From NCBI GenBank assembly GCA_964247055.1, contig OZ176059.1, positions 1,860,001 through 1,924,000 of the forward strand: 64,000 nt of DNA, in the 5' to 3' direction. The position numbers and the translations under genes are program-made. Source of the stretch: Paragordius varius (lineage: Eukaryota > Animalia > Nematomorpha). The notes beneath the pieces are model-generated. The model saw only the letters and a list, made by a program, of their open reading frames with translations, ran no database searches and was not told the DNA's origin. Below, piece after piece: positions 38,737 to 52,600 of this stretch (its first letter is position 1; each line of letters begins with the position of its first letter).

Positions 38737-41700
38737 CCATTTACAATTCAAACTCACCCTTAAACAATTGATATTCTAACCTTAAACAGTTCAAACTCAC
38801 CCTTAAAAAATTTAAATTCACTCTAAAATAAATTATGAGTTTTTTAGAATCAAAAATTACCTAAATCTTTTTATATTTTTTAAAAATGCATTTTCGTTTA
38901 AAATTAATATAATACTGAAAAAATGACAAACTATGTCATAAGAATATATTTCATATTAATAATGTGAGTTATAGCTGTCCGAAAATACATAATTTATTTT
39001 TAAGGTGAATTTTTGTTTAAGGGTGAAAGTGAACTGTAAATGGAATATATATATAAATTGCCATAAATGAATTTTTGTACTATATTGAAATCAATCATTA
39101 ATATATTTTATCTTTGCACTGTACATACATAAAAAAGATATTAGTCTAAATATATACATTTGCCGTATTTTTGCCTTACAATTTTCAATAAAAAAAATTA
39201 TATATTTACTTTTAAAGCATTTTTCCTTCTTTCGTTACAATATATATTTCTCCTAAATAAAATTAAAAAGTTAAATTAAACTAAAAAATTGAATAAAACT
39301 TAAAAACTAAAAAGTTAAAAAAATCTAAAACTCTAAAATAAAACACAAACTAAAAACCTTTCGGTTCACACCCAAGTTGTATAGAGTGGTGATGTTGATG
39401 TTCTTGTTTTTGGAAATTCTCTAAAACCTTAGATTTAGTTTCAGAGTTCAAATTTAATTCTTTGGTAAAATTCGATTCTGTCTTTGTGGAATTATCATTA
39501 TGATTATTGTTTAATTTGGAGGTAGTTATGTCCGTATTTTGCCCAAAATTTTCGTGAAAAAGCACGGAAACAGTTAAATCAGCTTCAATACCCCCTTGAG
39601 CATTAAGGGCACACGTATAAAATGTATTTTTAGTTGATAAAGTCTTAGGGATAGTTTTATTAGAATTATTCTTCGATAATGTAAAGTTTTGAAAGTTGTC
39701 CCTACTATATGTTGTGGTGGGTATACGGGTACAAAATAACCAATCAACCAATTGTGATACCTTATCATAACATTCTTTGGTCTATAGAAAGTAAAAATTT
39801 AGAAATATGCAGACAGATAAAAATTAAAAGAATTACAAAAAATTTTTTTTGTTCTCTACAATCGTAATTAAACTTTAATGATCATAAACTATATAAAATT
39901 CAAAATATATATATATATAATTAAGTGTGATGTATTACCATTTTACATCTCTAACCCAAAATTTTGCAATTTAAAACAACGAGTTATACTATATTTAAAA
40001 TTCAAATTCACCCTTAAACACTTTAAATTCACCCTTGAACAATTCAAATTCATCCTTGAACAATCCAAATTACCCTTCATTTCAAATTCACCCTTGAACA
40101 AATCAAATTCACTCTTTAACATTTCAAATTCACCCTTCATTTCAAATTCACCCTTGAAAAAATCAAATTCACTCTTTAACATTTCAAATTCACCCTAAAA
40201 CATTTCAAATTCACCCTTGAACAATTATTCATCCTTGAACAATCCAAATTACCCTTCATTTCAAATTCACCCTTGAAAAAATCAAATTCACTCTTTAACA
40301 TTTCAAATTCACCCTAAAACATTTCAAATTCACCCTTGAACAATTCAAATTCATCCTTGAACAATCCAAATTACCCTTCATTTCAAATTCACCCTTGAAA
40401 AAATCAAATTCACTCTTTAACATTTCAAATTCACCCTAAAACATTTCAAATTTACCCTTATTTAAATTCACCCTCAAAAAAATTTAGAGTATTTTAAGAT
40501 AAAAAAATTACCTATATTTTTATGTATATGTAAAAATAAGATTTTGTTTTACATTGAAAAATACTTTGTGGCGGCATAATAATGCCGCTATAAAGATATA
40601 TTTTATACAATGATGTTTTTATATTAGTTCGAAAACACATAATTAATTTTTAGGTAGAAATTATTCAAGGGTGAATTTGAACTGTAAAAGGTATATTTAA
40701 TAATCAAGATTTTAAATTTTTTTAAAAAAAGTTTCATTACTTGTTTTGTTGGGGCCAAATAAAATTTTCCAAAATATGACATATCGAAAATTGCGACACT
40801 TTGACGACAAGCTAGACATTCATCCCTTAACACGGTTGTATGATGTTTTGGAAACTCTGAGAGAAAAAAATATTTAAAGTTTAAATTAGACGTAAAAAAT
40901 ATAATTTTTACGTATATAAATGTCATCTATCAAAAAAACATGTTTGATATTAGAATCCAATCTTATAAAATCCCCTCCCCAAAATACATACGATAGTGGT
41001 AAAAAAGGTGTTTTGCTCAATATTCGCATTATAAAGTTTTTTAATAGTGAATTTTTATATATTACAAAAAATTAAATTTATATATTAATTTTTTTTTTCA
41101 ATAATTTGGAAAATTATTTTTTAAAGTTTTTTGAAAATAAATATATTAATTTTAATAACATGTTAAACCTTGATAAATTATAGCATAAGTCAATTTGTTA
41201 TCGCTATGTGCTTAAAATTTAGCTAATAATTTAGGGTGGGAATATATTATATGTATAATAATGAAAGCTTGGCAATATAAATAAATAAAATGTAGTAAAA
41301 ATTGAAATGATAATGGTAAAGACAAATGTTGAAAATATATAAATAAATTTTTTAAAAAGACAGCCTTGTTTATATATTCTATGATCTTGGATTAATAATC
41401 AGGCATCAGAGATATAAATATTGGAAACACATTTAATAATACATTTTACATTTGTAATTAAGTTAATAAGAAACAAAATTTGGAAAAGACATGGTTATCT
41501 TTTGGGAAAAAATATTGACTTTACTTGTAGTTTTTACTTTTTGTCTTAACATTTATTTCATTTTTACTGTACTGTAAATAATTAAAGGTCACTTTTCAAA
41601 AAAAAATTTTTTGTCATAAATAAAAAAAAGAAAAAAATAATGAATACCAAAAGTATAATCCATTTCAAGCGCTCGTGCATAAGGGTAATGTTTATGAACG

Positions 41701-44700
41701 GTACCTAAATCAGGGTAAGCCCCATAGTAATCGTAAGCGAGGGCTGGAAAATCTCCTTGTTGTAATGTAGATATGGTAGGTTCAATTGTGCCTTCAGTTA
41801 TATCTCTAAATTTATTCATGTATAATTATAAACCTTTTTAAAATATCAATTCTTTATTTGATTCAAAATATTGTATACATCGAATTCTACACTATTTGCC
41901 CATCTCTCAGAAAATATGAGCCACCATAGATGACTGACTTTGATGGAAAACATTCGTTAAGCCATTTTCCAACCTCTTTGAAATAATCAAAGTGCCGATA
42001 CGCCAGGGTGTGCCCCATTATCACGACTATGTGCTGGGTGAGGAAAGTTCAGCGGATGCAAAATAATTTCCCATAAAGTGATTTTAAGGTGTTTACACTA
42101 ATTTTGCTATGTGTGACAATGGCATGTAAATCACTTAAAGGGTTCTGGCCCATTGTGGCTTTTTTCCAGTTAATAAATGAACTAAATTGAGCATTTGTTG
42201 GCGAGAGTGTTATGTATGAACGGTTTGATCTGGCCTCAAAAGTTCATATTAAACAATACCGCCCTAGTCCTACCTTGTTCTTGTCAGAGCGATTTAGCCA
42301 TGATGTTAGGGGCCGGTTGACAGAGTGTCACTCTTTTTCGGGTTTGGATTTACTAAAGCCAAATCTCATCACCCGTCCCGATTCGATGTAAAAATAAATT
42401 CTTTTCCCGACGTCGAAGCAGAAATTCATAAATAACTTTTCGTTTTTCGATTTGTTCATAATACTGTTAGACCCATTTACCAAGTTTTATGATGTTTCCC
42501 ATTGCTCGCAAACATCCAATGATTGTTGTTGTAATACATGTAATGCTTCTGCCAATTAATGTTAAGTTGGAGTTGGGTCATCCAATAACTTTTGCACTTT
42601 AGAGTCTTTATAGTTGAGTGGCCTACCAGAGCCACGCTCTTTCACACATGAAATCACAACATTTCATATTTCGAAACCATGTTTCACACATGTGATAATA
42701 GATAAAGCATGTCACCATATGTTGCCAGCAAAAGATAACTTTCAGTAGCTTTCTTTTGGCAAATGTACTTATTCAGGCATACAATTCGACGTGATTACTG
42801 ATGATATAAGTTAGACACTAGTTTATGGCAAATTCAACTTGTGTGTATTCGTATTTTAATGTTAGATGAATAAAATGGGTCTGCATTAAACTAATCGTCT
42901 GCGTACTTTTTGACGTATTATAAATTAAACCGTTAATAACTTATGACTAAACTTGATATGTATATAATAATAAAAATGTATTAAGTGTAGAATTAAAAAA
43001 CTGTATAAGGGAAATAATTGGCGTAGATATAAAAAAACCGTAAATGTACATTTTTTGTTCTTACACACTATATCATTAGACTCAAAAAAATATAATGTTT
43101 TCATAAATTTTGATAAATACCAATTTGAAACATTTATAGCGTATAATATGGCTCCCCATTACAGAAATATATTTACAGTAAAGATTGAAATTTTACGGAA
43201 GGATAAAACGTGAAAACATAAAGACAAATATTTTTTATACAAAACTGTACTGTTTCAAACTTGATTCATATAAATGCATCTCATTGTATTACGATGCGTA
43301 TTTGTTAAAGATGGAGATTACGACAATCCTAAATATTGTACAATTGTAAATCAATAAATATGGGAAAAATAAAGCTTAAAAAGTATGAGGTTGTCTTTTA
43401 AAAAAATTTGTTTTTATATTTTTATCTGTGTACGTATAACTTCAAGTTTTACCGTATAAAAAATATTTTTTAAGTTTTTTACGTGTTTTGTCTTTTCTAT
43501 ATTTTAATTTTTGTAATATTTATCAAAAAATTTAAAACTTTATATTTTCATCCGCAGTATTATTGGTTTGAGTAGAAAATAGGGCGGTCTTATATTGAGG
43601 GGCTAAAAACCACCCCGGACGTTCCCAACCTCCTCGTTCTTGATAAATGCATCCACGGTGTAATAAAGCCTAGCACACAATATTAAAAATTTGTATTTTA
43701 AGTTGATTTTTTAAAATATTATTAACGCTTTTTTATTAATTGATTAATAGTTCTTATAAGTATATAATATTTGTAATTAACTTAATTTTGTGTTTTCAGT
43801 CAATCTTATTTTTTAATAATGAATCTTGTATATATTTAATTTTAAATAAATTTTTTTATTTTTTTCAATCTTTTCCTTTTTGATTCCTTTACAATAATAT
43901 ATGAAACATATATATATATATTGTTGTGTAAACTTTTTTTCCACAATAAAAAATATTAAAAAAAGTTTTTAAATTATATTAAAAAAATGCATTTTATTGG
44001 TGAATTGCCCAACTATAGTGTGTGTAAAATAAGCAACCATCAAAAGGCATACTGAAATTTTAAATTTAAAAATAAACCCAATAAAATTCAAAAAAACTAC
44101 CATATATTTTTGAGATTATCTGATATAAAAATTTGAATTTTTTTGCAAAATTTTTTGTAAAATACATCGCAACTATTTAATAATACAGCATTAATTTTAG
44201 TAGCAAAATAATAAATATATAAACCAAAAAACTAAGGTAACAAAAATGAAATGAACATTTCTGGTACAAAATTTATATTAGTGGAGCTATTAATACAGCT
44301 TTAATTTAACGAAAATAAACTTAAAAATGATAAAATTAACTAGTTTTTTTAACACACAAAAACTCAACTAAAAAATTAATCTAAAACCTCAAAAAAATTA
44401 AATCAAACTACTTTCTATATAAAGGGATATTGTCTAATGTTTAATTTTGAATTTATTTCCAAAATCATACAAAATTTATAAAGCTATAAATATAGCTTTA
44501 ATTTAACCAAAAATTATAAATGATAAAAAATTACTAAGTTTTTAACTTAAAAAAAATAAAATCTACTTTTATACAAGGGATATTGTTTAATATACAAATT
44601 TTATATTGGTTCTTAAAATCAATTAAAAAATTTTTTTTTGCTTCAAACATAAAAATATTAAAAAACTATAACTATAAAACCCCAAAATTAAAATTAGATC

Positions 44701-47700
44701 AAACTACTTGATATATAAGGGAGAATATCGGATTTATATTAGGAATGATACTTTTATTTGGCTTAAATTAAAAATAAGAAATAGTAATTTTTTTAATGCA
44801 AAAATCCAAAAAATCCACCTTACGAAGGGAGATTATCTATTAATATTCAAAATTTGTATTGGGAATGCTTTATAAAAACGTAGAACCTCACAAAAACCCC
44901 AAAAATAAACTACCTTATATAAGTGAAGCCTTATATTTTTGGATTTTATCAAAACAAATGTTAATTATAAATGCTATGTATCGATAATTTTTCTTTGAAA
45001 TTCTAAATCAATAAAAATGTTTTTTAGCTCTAAACATAAAAATATTAAAACTAAAACCTTTTAGAAAAAACCCAAAATACCTATATGTGAGGTTGCTTTA
45101 TATTTGGATTTTTCTATCACAAAATTTCACAAAAATATTATATAATCGCTATGTATCAATATAATTTATATTAGAAATTCTAAATATCAATAAAAATGAT
45201 ATTTTTAGCTCAAAACATAAAAACTTAAAAAAACTAAAACTAAAAAAACCCAAAAAACAAACTTACCTTATATAAGGGGGATTGTCTAATATTTCGACCC
45301 GCTAAAGGTTCATCATAGGGAAAAACGATACTATAATTTTTAGCGTAAGCTTCATGACTTCGTTCTAGGATCCATCGTCGATTATTGGCATAGCGTTTAT
45401 TGAAACGTCTAATTGATAAAAAAAAGTTTTTTAAAAAAAGTTTTAAATTAAAAAAATAATTTTTGAAATAAAAAAAATGTTTTATGATTAGGGGAATTTA
45501 TTAGAAAATCACAAATTTTTAAGCGGAAAACGCCATCTTTTATAGTAAAATACTAAATTTTATGATATTAAGTTTTATTATACAATAACCAATAAAGCAA
45601 TTGTAAAATGAAATAGAGTATACAATCAATTTAATATGTCTTTTCTTTATTTTTAAGAAAAACATAGATAGGTTATATTAAAAAATCAAGGGTTAAAAAC
45701 TATAATAAATTTTTTTTCCCTTTTACTTGTTATATATTTTTTACATTTATTTTCATTTACTGGGAATTTAATTAAAATTTGCCCGTGCGTTTACAAGTGT
45801 TTTACTGCCATTTGCTATTTAAGATAAAAATTTGCTGGAAATTAAGTGCGTAAATCTATACTAAAATTTAAGTCTTTTGATGGGATTAATGAATTACAAT
45901 AAAGTGATGAACTTTAAATATTTTTTATTTAAAAATAATTACGAATTCTCCAATATTTTTGACTAAAAAAATGGAATTTTTTTATTTTTTAAGCCCTTTT
46001 ACATATTTAAAAAGTAGTTGAATTATGTAAAATCTCACATAATTTTAACAGATAAGCTTGGTTATCTTTATATATCAGTTTAGCAAATTAGGATAAGTAA
46101 AAATTAAAAGACAAATATTGTTGTTAAGAAAATACCCATATTTTTTTGAACCTTGGTGTTTCCTGCTAAAATACTGTATAATAACAATTATGACATATAT
46201 AACTCATTGTAAAAGTTAACAATTTATCATCAGCTCGATTCCTTATTTTGCAAACGCAAAAAACGATGTGTTTCATGAACTAAATAAAATCTAGATTAAT
46301 GACATTATTAAACACAACCAATATTTACAATAAATTTAAGTTTTTATTCGACAAAAATTAAATTGTTGGACTTGGGAACTCATAAAGATATTATGACAAT
46401 ATTATAGGCACCCCCTCAATACCAATTCTTTCCTTAGATATTTGTCGAAAGAATATAAAGAATATAAAGTTCCCGTAATATACCATTTACAATTCTAATT
46501 CACTCACCCTTGAACAATTCAATTTCACCCGCCTTGAACAATTCAAATTCCCCCCTAAAAACAAATTATGTATTTTCGGGCAGCTAATATAACTCATCAT
46601 TAATAAGAAATATATTCCATATGGCATAAATTAATATTTTTTCAGTGTTATGTTAATTTTAAATAAAATTTTATTGGTGAATTCAAAATTTTTCAAGGGT
46701 GAATTTGAACTGTAAATGGTATATCAAGCATGTATGTAACTTTTGCACGCCATACCACCCTCGGGCCAAATGGTTAAAGGCAAAAAGGGTTATTCAAAAC
46801 CCCCTTGAAAATGCAATATTATTCTAAAGTAGCACAGATCTAGAACGCCAGTTAAACCAGGTATACTGTGGGCTTATAGGTCAGCCCATTACAATGGTAA
46901 AAATTAGACACGTGCAACACGATTATGCCTAAAACGAAATTTACCGACAGAAGGAAAATCAAAGGGGATTATATATTGATTTTAACTCACAGACAGTGTA
47001 CGTGATTTCGTTCCAGGTGACAAAGTACAGTAAGGATTGAAATTTTAAGGATAAAACTTGAAAATATGTAGACAAATATTTTTTACAAAAAGACAACCAT
47101 ACTTTTTAATCTTGTTTTTTTATATATATATAACTTATTGTTTTAAAATAAAAAGAATAATATAGCTATGTCAATTGGTAACACAATCAATTATATATTT
47201 TACAATTGTAATAAAATGTTTTTTATAACATAATTAAGGTTGAAAAAAGAATGGTTGTCTTTTGAAAAAAAAATTTGTCTTTATATTTTTACATTTCGTC
47301 CGTAAAATAAATTTCAATTTTTACTGTATTTATAATGAGAATGACTTAGAAGCCGGTTGGCAAGAAGGGAAAATAATAGGGCGGACTGGATTATTGTCAT
47401 ACAATATAAAAGATAGATGACGGTTTTACAAAAACATACTGATTAATTAATAGTTCGAAAAGAAAGGTCCGTATGAACTTAGGCTCGCCCGACCAGAAAG
47501 AATTGGAACCGGAACAACAGAAATTCACCCTTGAACAATTTAAATTCACCCTTAAACGATTAAAATTCACCCTTAAACAATTCAAATTCATCCTTGAACA
47601 AATCAAATTCACCCTTAAATTATGTGTGTTTTTTAAGATTAAAAATTACCTATATTTTTATATATTTGATAAAAAATAAAATTTTGCTTTAAATTAAAAA

Positions 47701-49571
47701 AAAATACTGAAAGGTAATAATAAATTATGCGCCATAAAATTATATTTAATAATATAGAGTAATATTAGTTTGAAAACACATAATTTATTTTTAGAGCGTT
47801 GAATTTGATTTGTTTAAGGGTGAATTTGAATTGTTCAAGGGTGAATTTGCACTGTAAATGGTATATTACAATTTAATTCATTTTACTAAAAAAATATAAT
47901 ATTGGTGCTGTTCTCAATTATTTGGATGGACAAAATAAGTGTTGAAAGTTATAAAATCAATCATAATTCTACGGAATATATTAAATATATACAAAGATAT
48001 TTTAGGATAATAATGAGAATGTTAAATTCATCTTTCTTGCCCAATCGGGTATTAATAATATTTCTAAAATGGCAACAATTCTTTTACCCCCTTAACATTG
48101 AAATTAACATTTCTTGGGAAGAAATTTATATGAAGCTGGAGTGAAAATATTTCAACCAGCCAAAAATACTTTTCTAGTCCCCGATAAGATTTCCTTAGAT
48201 CGGAACGAGTATCTGGTGAAGGATTCTTGGAATTTCGGATATGACTTAAAAGTTTAGCAACCGCGTATATCAGTTCAAAGGTAACATCGACGAGCTAATA
48301 CGAGATGTATTCATATGTGGTTTAAAGGAAAAACAACTAGAGGCAGAATTACTTAGAAGGTTAACACGAGGGCATTAAACAATGATAGAGTAGTGTGGGC
48401 TTAAATAAAGTTTTACATTTGGCTTTAGCGCATATATGAAAATTCAAATTCTCGCCTGGAATCAAACTCAGTGAGAGCGATAAGGTAATAAAAATGATGA
48501 AAGCTATAATAAATGAAATCTATAATGACAGATAATAATAATGAAATATATCTGGTTAGACCCAAATCTAGCGTAAAACCATGTTTCAAATGTAGTCGCA
48601 TATGATATTATCAATATTATTATTTTTCTATTGCTCCGATTCCAATGCTTTCTGGTCGGGCGAGCTTAAGTTAATCTGGACTTTCTTTTCGCCCTCTTAA
48701 TTGATTAGTATGTTTTCGTTAGACCCTACCTCTAACATTGATATTATATGACAATAATCCACAGTCCGTTCTGCTACTTTTCCTTCTCACCTGGAACGAA
48801 ATCACGTATATACCATTTACAGTTCAAATTCACCCTTGAAAAATTTTGAATTCACCAATAAAATTTTATTTAAAATTAACATAACACTAAAAAAATATTA
48901 ATTTATGCCATATGGAATATATTTCTTATTAATGATGAGTTATATTAGCTGCCCGAAAATAGATATTTTATTTCTAGGGTAAATTTGAAATGTTCAAGGG
49001 TAAAATTGAACAGTTCAAGGGTGATTAATTACGTTTTAGAAATATTCGTGTCGCAGGTGTCTCATTTATACCATTGTCATGTGCTGACCTATAAGCCCAC
49101 AGTATACCTGGTTTAACCGGCGTTCTGAATCTGTGCTACTTCACAGAATTACATATATATATATATATATAATAGTGCATTTTCAAGGGTTTAAAATAAC
49201 CCTTTTTGCACTAAACCAATTGGCCGAGAGTAGTATGGCGCGCACAAGTTACATGCTTAATATTAGAGGAACTTAATACTATACTCTATTCTTGAAAAAT
49301 CACCGGACTTATAATACGACGCCATTATCAGTTACAATCATCTCTGGGGTTTCATATCGTTCGTACAAACCACACAACTTTCTAAAACTTTTAAAATACT
49401 GATCGAGTTTACTGATTGTTTTAAGCTGTGTCACTTCCACCCAATAAAATTATAAAGACAAATATATGTATTGCAAAAAGAGAGCCATACTTTTTTGAAC
49501 ATAGATTTATTGTATACCATTTACAATTCAAATTCACCCTCAAATAAATTATATAAGATTAAAAACTACCA

Positions 49572-49610
<39 letters not shown>

Positions 49611-52600
49611 TACAGTGATCTATAAGTAGGACCCAGTAGAGTTTATCTACGGGTGCTATATCGAGAGAGTCGGACTTACTTCAATGTTGAACACCGTAAC
49701 TTTTGACAACTTGAACATCTTTGGACCCATTTTTCGATATTTCTATTTAAGGCCAAAACACACCAGTCTTATCTAACGCTTTCATGGACCGGATACCAGG
49801 TGTGACATTTATGAAGATACAGTAAAAATTGAAATTATACGGGCAAATCGTTAAAATATAAAGACAAATATTTTTTTCTAAAAGACAATCATATACTTTT
49901 TTGAACCTTAGTTTTTCTCAGATAAAATAAAAATATTAAATTATACCTGGAAAATATAAAATTGATTGTGTTACCAAATTAGACAACTATATATTTCATT
50001 CTTCTTTCGAATTTAGAAAAATAAGCTATAATTACAAAAAGATAAGATTTACAAAGTATGGTTGGTTGTCTTATAGAAAAAAATATTTGTCTTTATATTT
50101 TTACGTGTTTTGTCCGTATAATTTCAATTCTTCCTGTAAGTTAGAATATCAACCCTCATGCTTTGGGGAACAATAGGACAGTCACCTAGATTAGATATAT
50201 AAAGCAGTATGACTTTTCAATATCATTTCTCAATGGTTTATAGGACTGTACCCCGGAATAATACCAATCATTGGTCTTTCGTGCTGCCTTAATTTGTTTA
50301 CACATCTCATGGCTTATAGTTCCCTTTGTCCTTGTTTAAGATTAACTTCGGACACCATAGCAAACCTAGCTACTGCGCTATATCCTCGTCATTGTCACAC
50401 TCTTAAGTTAGTTCAATTTGTAGTCTTGATAGTGAATCTGTTAGATTTTCGGTTATCGAGTAGAATATTAGGTTGGAGTCGAAAATAAATGTTTTTGTGA
50501 TCCATCCGAGCAATTTACTATTGTTTAGCTCACCTAATATACGTTGATCGAATACTTTAATGAGAGGTTTATGGTTTGCTCTGATATGGAATTTTCTACC
50601 ATTTTTACTACTTTCTATATGATCATTCTTATTTATCGTTCTGACAGAGTTCGATTCCAAGCGAGAATTTTCATATATGCGCTAAAGCCAAATTTAGAAC
50701 TTTATTTAAGCCCGGTGTAACATTGCCTAATGCCCTCGCGGGTAGGTACTTGCTAAGTAATTCTGTCTCTAGCTATTTTTCCTTCAAACCACATATGAAC
50801 ACATCCCGTATTAGCTCGTCGATGTAACCTTTAAACTAGTATGCGCGGCAACTAAACTTTTAAATCTTACTAAGAACTCCAAGAATCCTTCCCCAGATAG
50901 TCGTTACGATGTAAAGAAATCAAATCGGGGGCTAGTAAAATATTTAGGGTTGGTTGAACTATTTTCACCCCATTTTTTTCCGTTTAGTATCTTTATAATT
51001 TAAATTTTAAACATTCTGATAGAAAAAAAGAAAAAAAACGAAAGAAGGGGGGTTATAACTATACATACTAAACTATACACCTAACATCCAAATGTGATAT
51101 ATCAAGCGTAGTTGAACCACGGGCAATTAACTGTGCCAATTGTTGAGCACATCCTCCGCTAAGCATAATACCGCTACTATTGAAACCCGAACCGTGGAAA
51201 TAACCCGCGACATTTATATCCGCTCCAATCAACGGTTTATGATCCGGTGTAAAAGATTCTACATATCGTAAACAAAAAAATAGATAAAGTCAAAATTATA
51301 CCATAAGTGTGTGTCAACCATACTTTTTAAACCATATTTTGCTATAGAAACTATCGTTTTGTGTTACGAAATATGGAATTGAAATTAAATCAGGGAACAC
51401 TTTCAATTATATAATCAACAATTGTAATTAACTCATATATGAAACAAAGAATCAAAAAGTATGGTTGTCTCAATAGTAAATATATGTGTCTTTTCGTTTC
51501 AACATTTTATCTTTTAATTTTAATCGTACGAAAAAAACGAGCAATAAATTTCCATCTTTATATAATTTACGAACATGTGAAAACTTTAAATTTATTATAT
51601 ACCATATCCACAAACAGTTGATTTTATGCCCGTATGTTTTAGGGCTGGCATAAGCTCCAAACTGGCCCGTAAATTAGGTTCAAACACGGTCCAATCCAAC
51701 TCAAACAGGTGAAAAGGTTGTTGCGAAAGAGTATCAGCTGATTTTTCCAGGAAATCATCAGCTGATTTTTCGGAAGAATCCTTTGTTGTTGAAATTTCAA
51801 TTTTTTTCTCATCAATGCTAAAGTTATTTTTTTGTGCAAATAAAATTCCATTCGTTTGTACAGCTATGGGGTTTTGTTCATAACCACCAAAAGCTAGTAC
51901 TTGACGGCCTTGAAGTTTAATATATACGCTCCGGTCATGGTCTCTAACATTGGGGACTGGTTTATCTAGGGGTGTAATTTTTGCGGAGTTACCATTTTCT
52001 AAAAACATACACACACAAATATAGAAATAGAGATTTTTAAATGTGATTGGATGATAGTTAAAACTTATTTATATAGCTCTACTAAATTGGCTAAGAAAAT
52101 ATTGAGCAATAAAAAACATGTGTATATTATTTGACAATTTTAGCGTCCTATGGACATAGACTCACAAATTTTTAAAATGATAAGATGATGGATATAATTA
52201 ATTATAATAAAAATTGATGATTGATGAATATAAATTTCGCAAAAAAAACCTTCTTCAAGGTTAATGAAACTCAGTGTGTAAGGTTTAAATTTTTAGTTAT
52301 ACAAAAATGTTAGTTTTAAAAAATGAAAAAAAATGTACTTTTTGCCCATGTATTTCTAATATATAGAATTATTACCTATAAGTCACCCTTGACCGATCCA
52401 AATAAACATCTCGAATTTACACTCGATATTTTAAATTCACTCTTGAACATATCATATTTACTCTAAATAAATTACGTGTTTTCAACCGAAATTACCTATA
52501 TTTCTAATAGTATAAAAGAAGCGTTGCTTAAAATTTATATAATAAAGAAAAAAATGATAAACTATGACATAAAGTAATAATTTTGATAATGAGTTAGAAT

